A stretch of 64,000 bases of DNA from Sulfurospirillaceae bacterium (GTDB lineage: Bacteria > Campylobacterota > Campylobacteria > Campylobacterales > Sulfurospirillaceae), in contig JAWVXD010000004.1 in assembly GCA_033723415.1 (NCBI GenBank), forward strand, positions 32,001-96,000, written 5' to 3'. The notes beneath the pieces were generated by a model. It was not told the origin of the DNA. It made no database searches and saw only the letters and a list, made by a program, of their open reading frames with translations. Position numbers and translations under genes: made by a program. Shown piece after piece: positions 62,932 to 64,000 of this stretch. Within the stretch, counting starts at the first letter, position 1, and the number at the start of each line of letters is the position of its first letter.

Positions 62932-63459
62932 GTGACAGTAAACAGTGCAACGCAAGCATACGTAAACTCGTATAATAAGCAAAGTCAAAGCGATGTTAGC
63001 CCTGCTGCATCAAGTAATTTTGATGCGATGATGCAAAACATCAGCGGAAAATTGTTGAACTCTATGGACACAAATGGTAACGGCTCGATCGACAAAACGG
63101 AATTTAGCGCTGCAGCCAAACAGCTAGCTCAAAATTCTTCGAGTATTGATAGTGCGTTTAAGGCGATAGATACAAACTCTGATGGAAGTATCGACAGCAG
63201 TGAATTGGCAAAAGCACTTGAGCAGACCATAAGCACGAATCATATGCATAGACATAGACATCATCATATCCATGCTCAAAGCGGAGCGAGCGGTATGGCG
63301 TCTCTTGCTTCAGGGCAAGCACAAACAGTGTCAGGATCTCAAGTCGCACAAACATCTTCAAATCAAGAGAATTTACAATCCGTACTACTCGACAAAATTC
63401 TCTCTGCTTACGATGCCAATGCCAAAAACAGTACGAGCAATATAAACTTATCCGTATAA
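62932..63459 (+). CDS. EF-hand calcium-binding protein with His-rich linker
   Basis: DTNGNGSIDKTE and DTNSDGSIDSSE loops; HMHRHRHHHIH; GTG after GGAGG. Confidence 0.85.
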   Translation: MTVNSATQAYVNSYNKQSQSDVSPAASSNFDAMMQNISGKLLNSMDTNGNGSIDKTEFSAAAKQLAQNSSSIDSAFKAIDTNSDGSIDSSELAKALEQTISTNHMHRHRHHHIHAQSGASGMASLASGQAQTVSGSQVAQTSSNQENLQSVLLDKILSAYDANAKNSTSNINLSV

Positions 63460-63463
63460 GTCA

Positions 63464-64000
63464 TTGTATCGCTATCATTTTACAATTTTCACAACACCTT
63501 GTGAATTATATATCGGCGCGGCAAGCAAGCTTGCTGCCGATAATGCGATGCAAAAAGTATTTGCCGGGGCAAAAGCCTTGGAAGAAAAATATAATTACTT
63601 CAAAAATTCCTCACAACTCTACCAAGTAAACAATAGATCACACAATGAACTGGAGTTAGATACTGAGTTTATCGGTATACTAAAGCTGTGCCTGTTTTAC
63701 ACCTCAATCACAGAAGGCGCATTTGATATCGCTATGGCCGGGACTTTAAAAGAGCTAAACCTTGCAAAATCTGCAAAAGAGTATGAAAAAAAACTAAAAA
63801 AACTGCTCCCTTTTGCATCTTCAAAAGAGATCAAAATTCAAGACAATAGAGTGATCTTTTCAAATGATTTGACTAAAATAGATTTTGGAGGGGTTGTCAA
63901 AGAATATGCAGCAGATCAATCCATACTAACACTTAAAAAAGAAGGTATAGATTCAGCACTGGTAAATTTTGGAGGAGATATCGCGACTTTAGGCTGTTGT
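63464..64000 (+). CDS. apbE: ApbE-family FAD:protein FMN transferase (runs off window end)
   Basis: Manual translation from TTG: ...TEGAFDI...KIDFGGVVKEYAAD...LVNFGGDI. Confidence 0.88.
   Translation, partial: MYRYHFTIFTTPCELYIGAASKLAADNAMQKVFAGAKALEEKYNYFKNSSQLYQVNNRSHNELELDTEFIGILKLCLFYTSITEGAFDIAMAGTLKELNLAKSAKEYEKKLKKLLPFASSKEIKIQDNRVIFSNDLTKIDFGGVVKEYAADQSILTLKKEGIDSALVNFGGDIATLGCC

Noticed and set aside
63487..63506. Inverted repeat TTCACAA-CACC-TTGTGAA as an operator
   Set aside because: Lies inside the apbE coding frame (FTTPCE); likely incidental

Overview
Chromosomal window from an AT-rich Campylobacterota (epsilonproteobacterial) genome. The r-protein sequences and gene order look Campylobacteraceae/Sulfurospirillum-like, which is an inference from recalled homologs. 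1-13 kb: S10-spc-alpha ribosomal superoperon on the minus strand (rpsJ to partial rpoA), with three structured intergenic RNA segments. 13-20 kb: AAA ATPase, then a glycerophosphodiester/organophosphate scavenging cluster (phosphodiesterase, Ugp-like ABC transporter, HAD phosphatase) with two matching Pho-box-like promoters. 20-33 kb: rnhB, a probable 6S RNA, TAXI-TRAP transporter, dienelactone hydrolase, chemoreceptor, aroC-rnc-rnhA, dnaG, tRNA-Ala and a PhnA protein. 33-44.6 kb: complete contiguous sox cluster (soxCDXYZA-K-B-H, DsrE protein, cytochrome c-thioredoxin fusion), then a Tat transglutaminase-like / TusA(YedF)-MerT fusion / MerP trio abutting tRNA-Sec. 44.6-52 kb: very AT-rich islet at the selC 3' end carrying a two-gene Druantia-like (DruH/DruE-like) candidate defence system. 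52-64 kb: YgiQ, sirtuin, a MarR-linked ABM/LolA-like/ABC/outer-membrane module, suhB, isochorismatase, a sigma-54-type promoter ahead of an EF-hand gene, and a partial ApbE. The best novelty candidates are the compact helicase defence pair and the TusA-MerT/MerP/transglutaminase module beside selC. No database searches were run; all family calls come from motif recognition.
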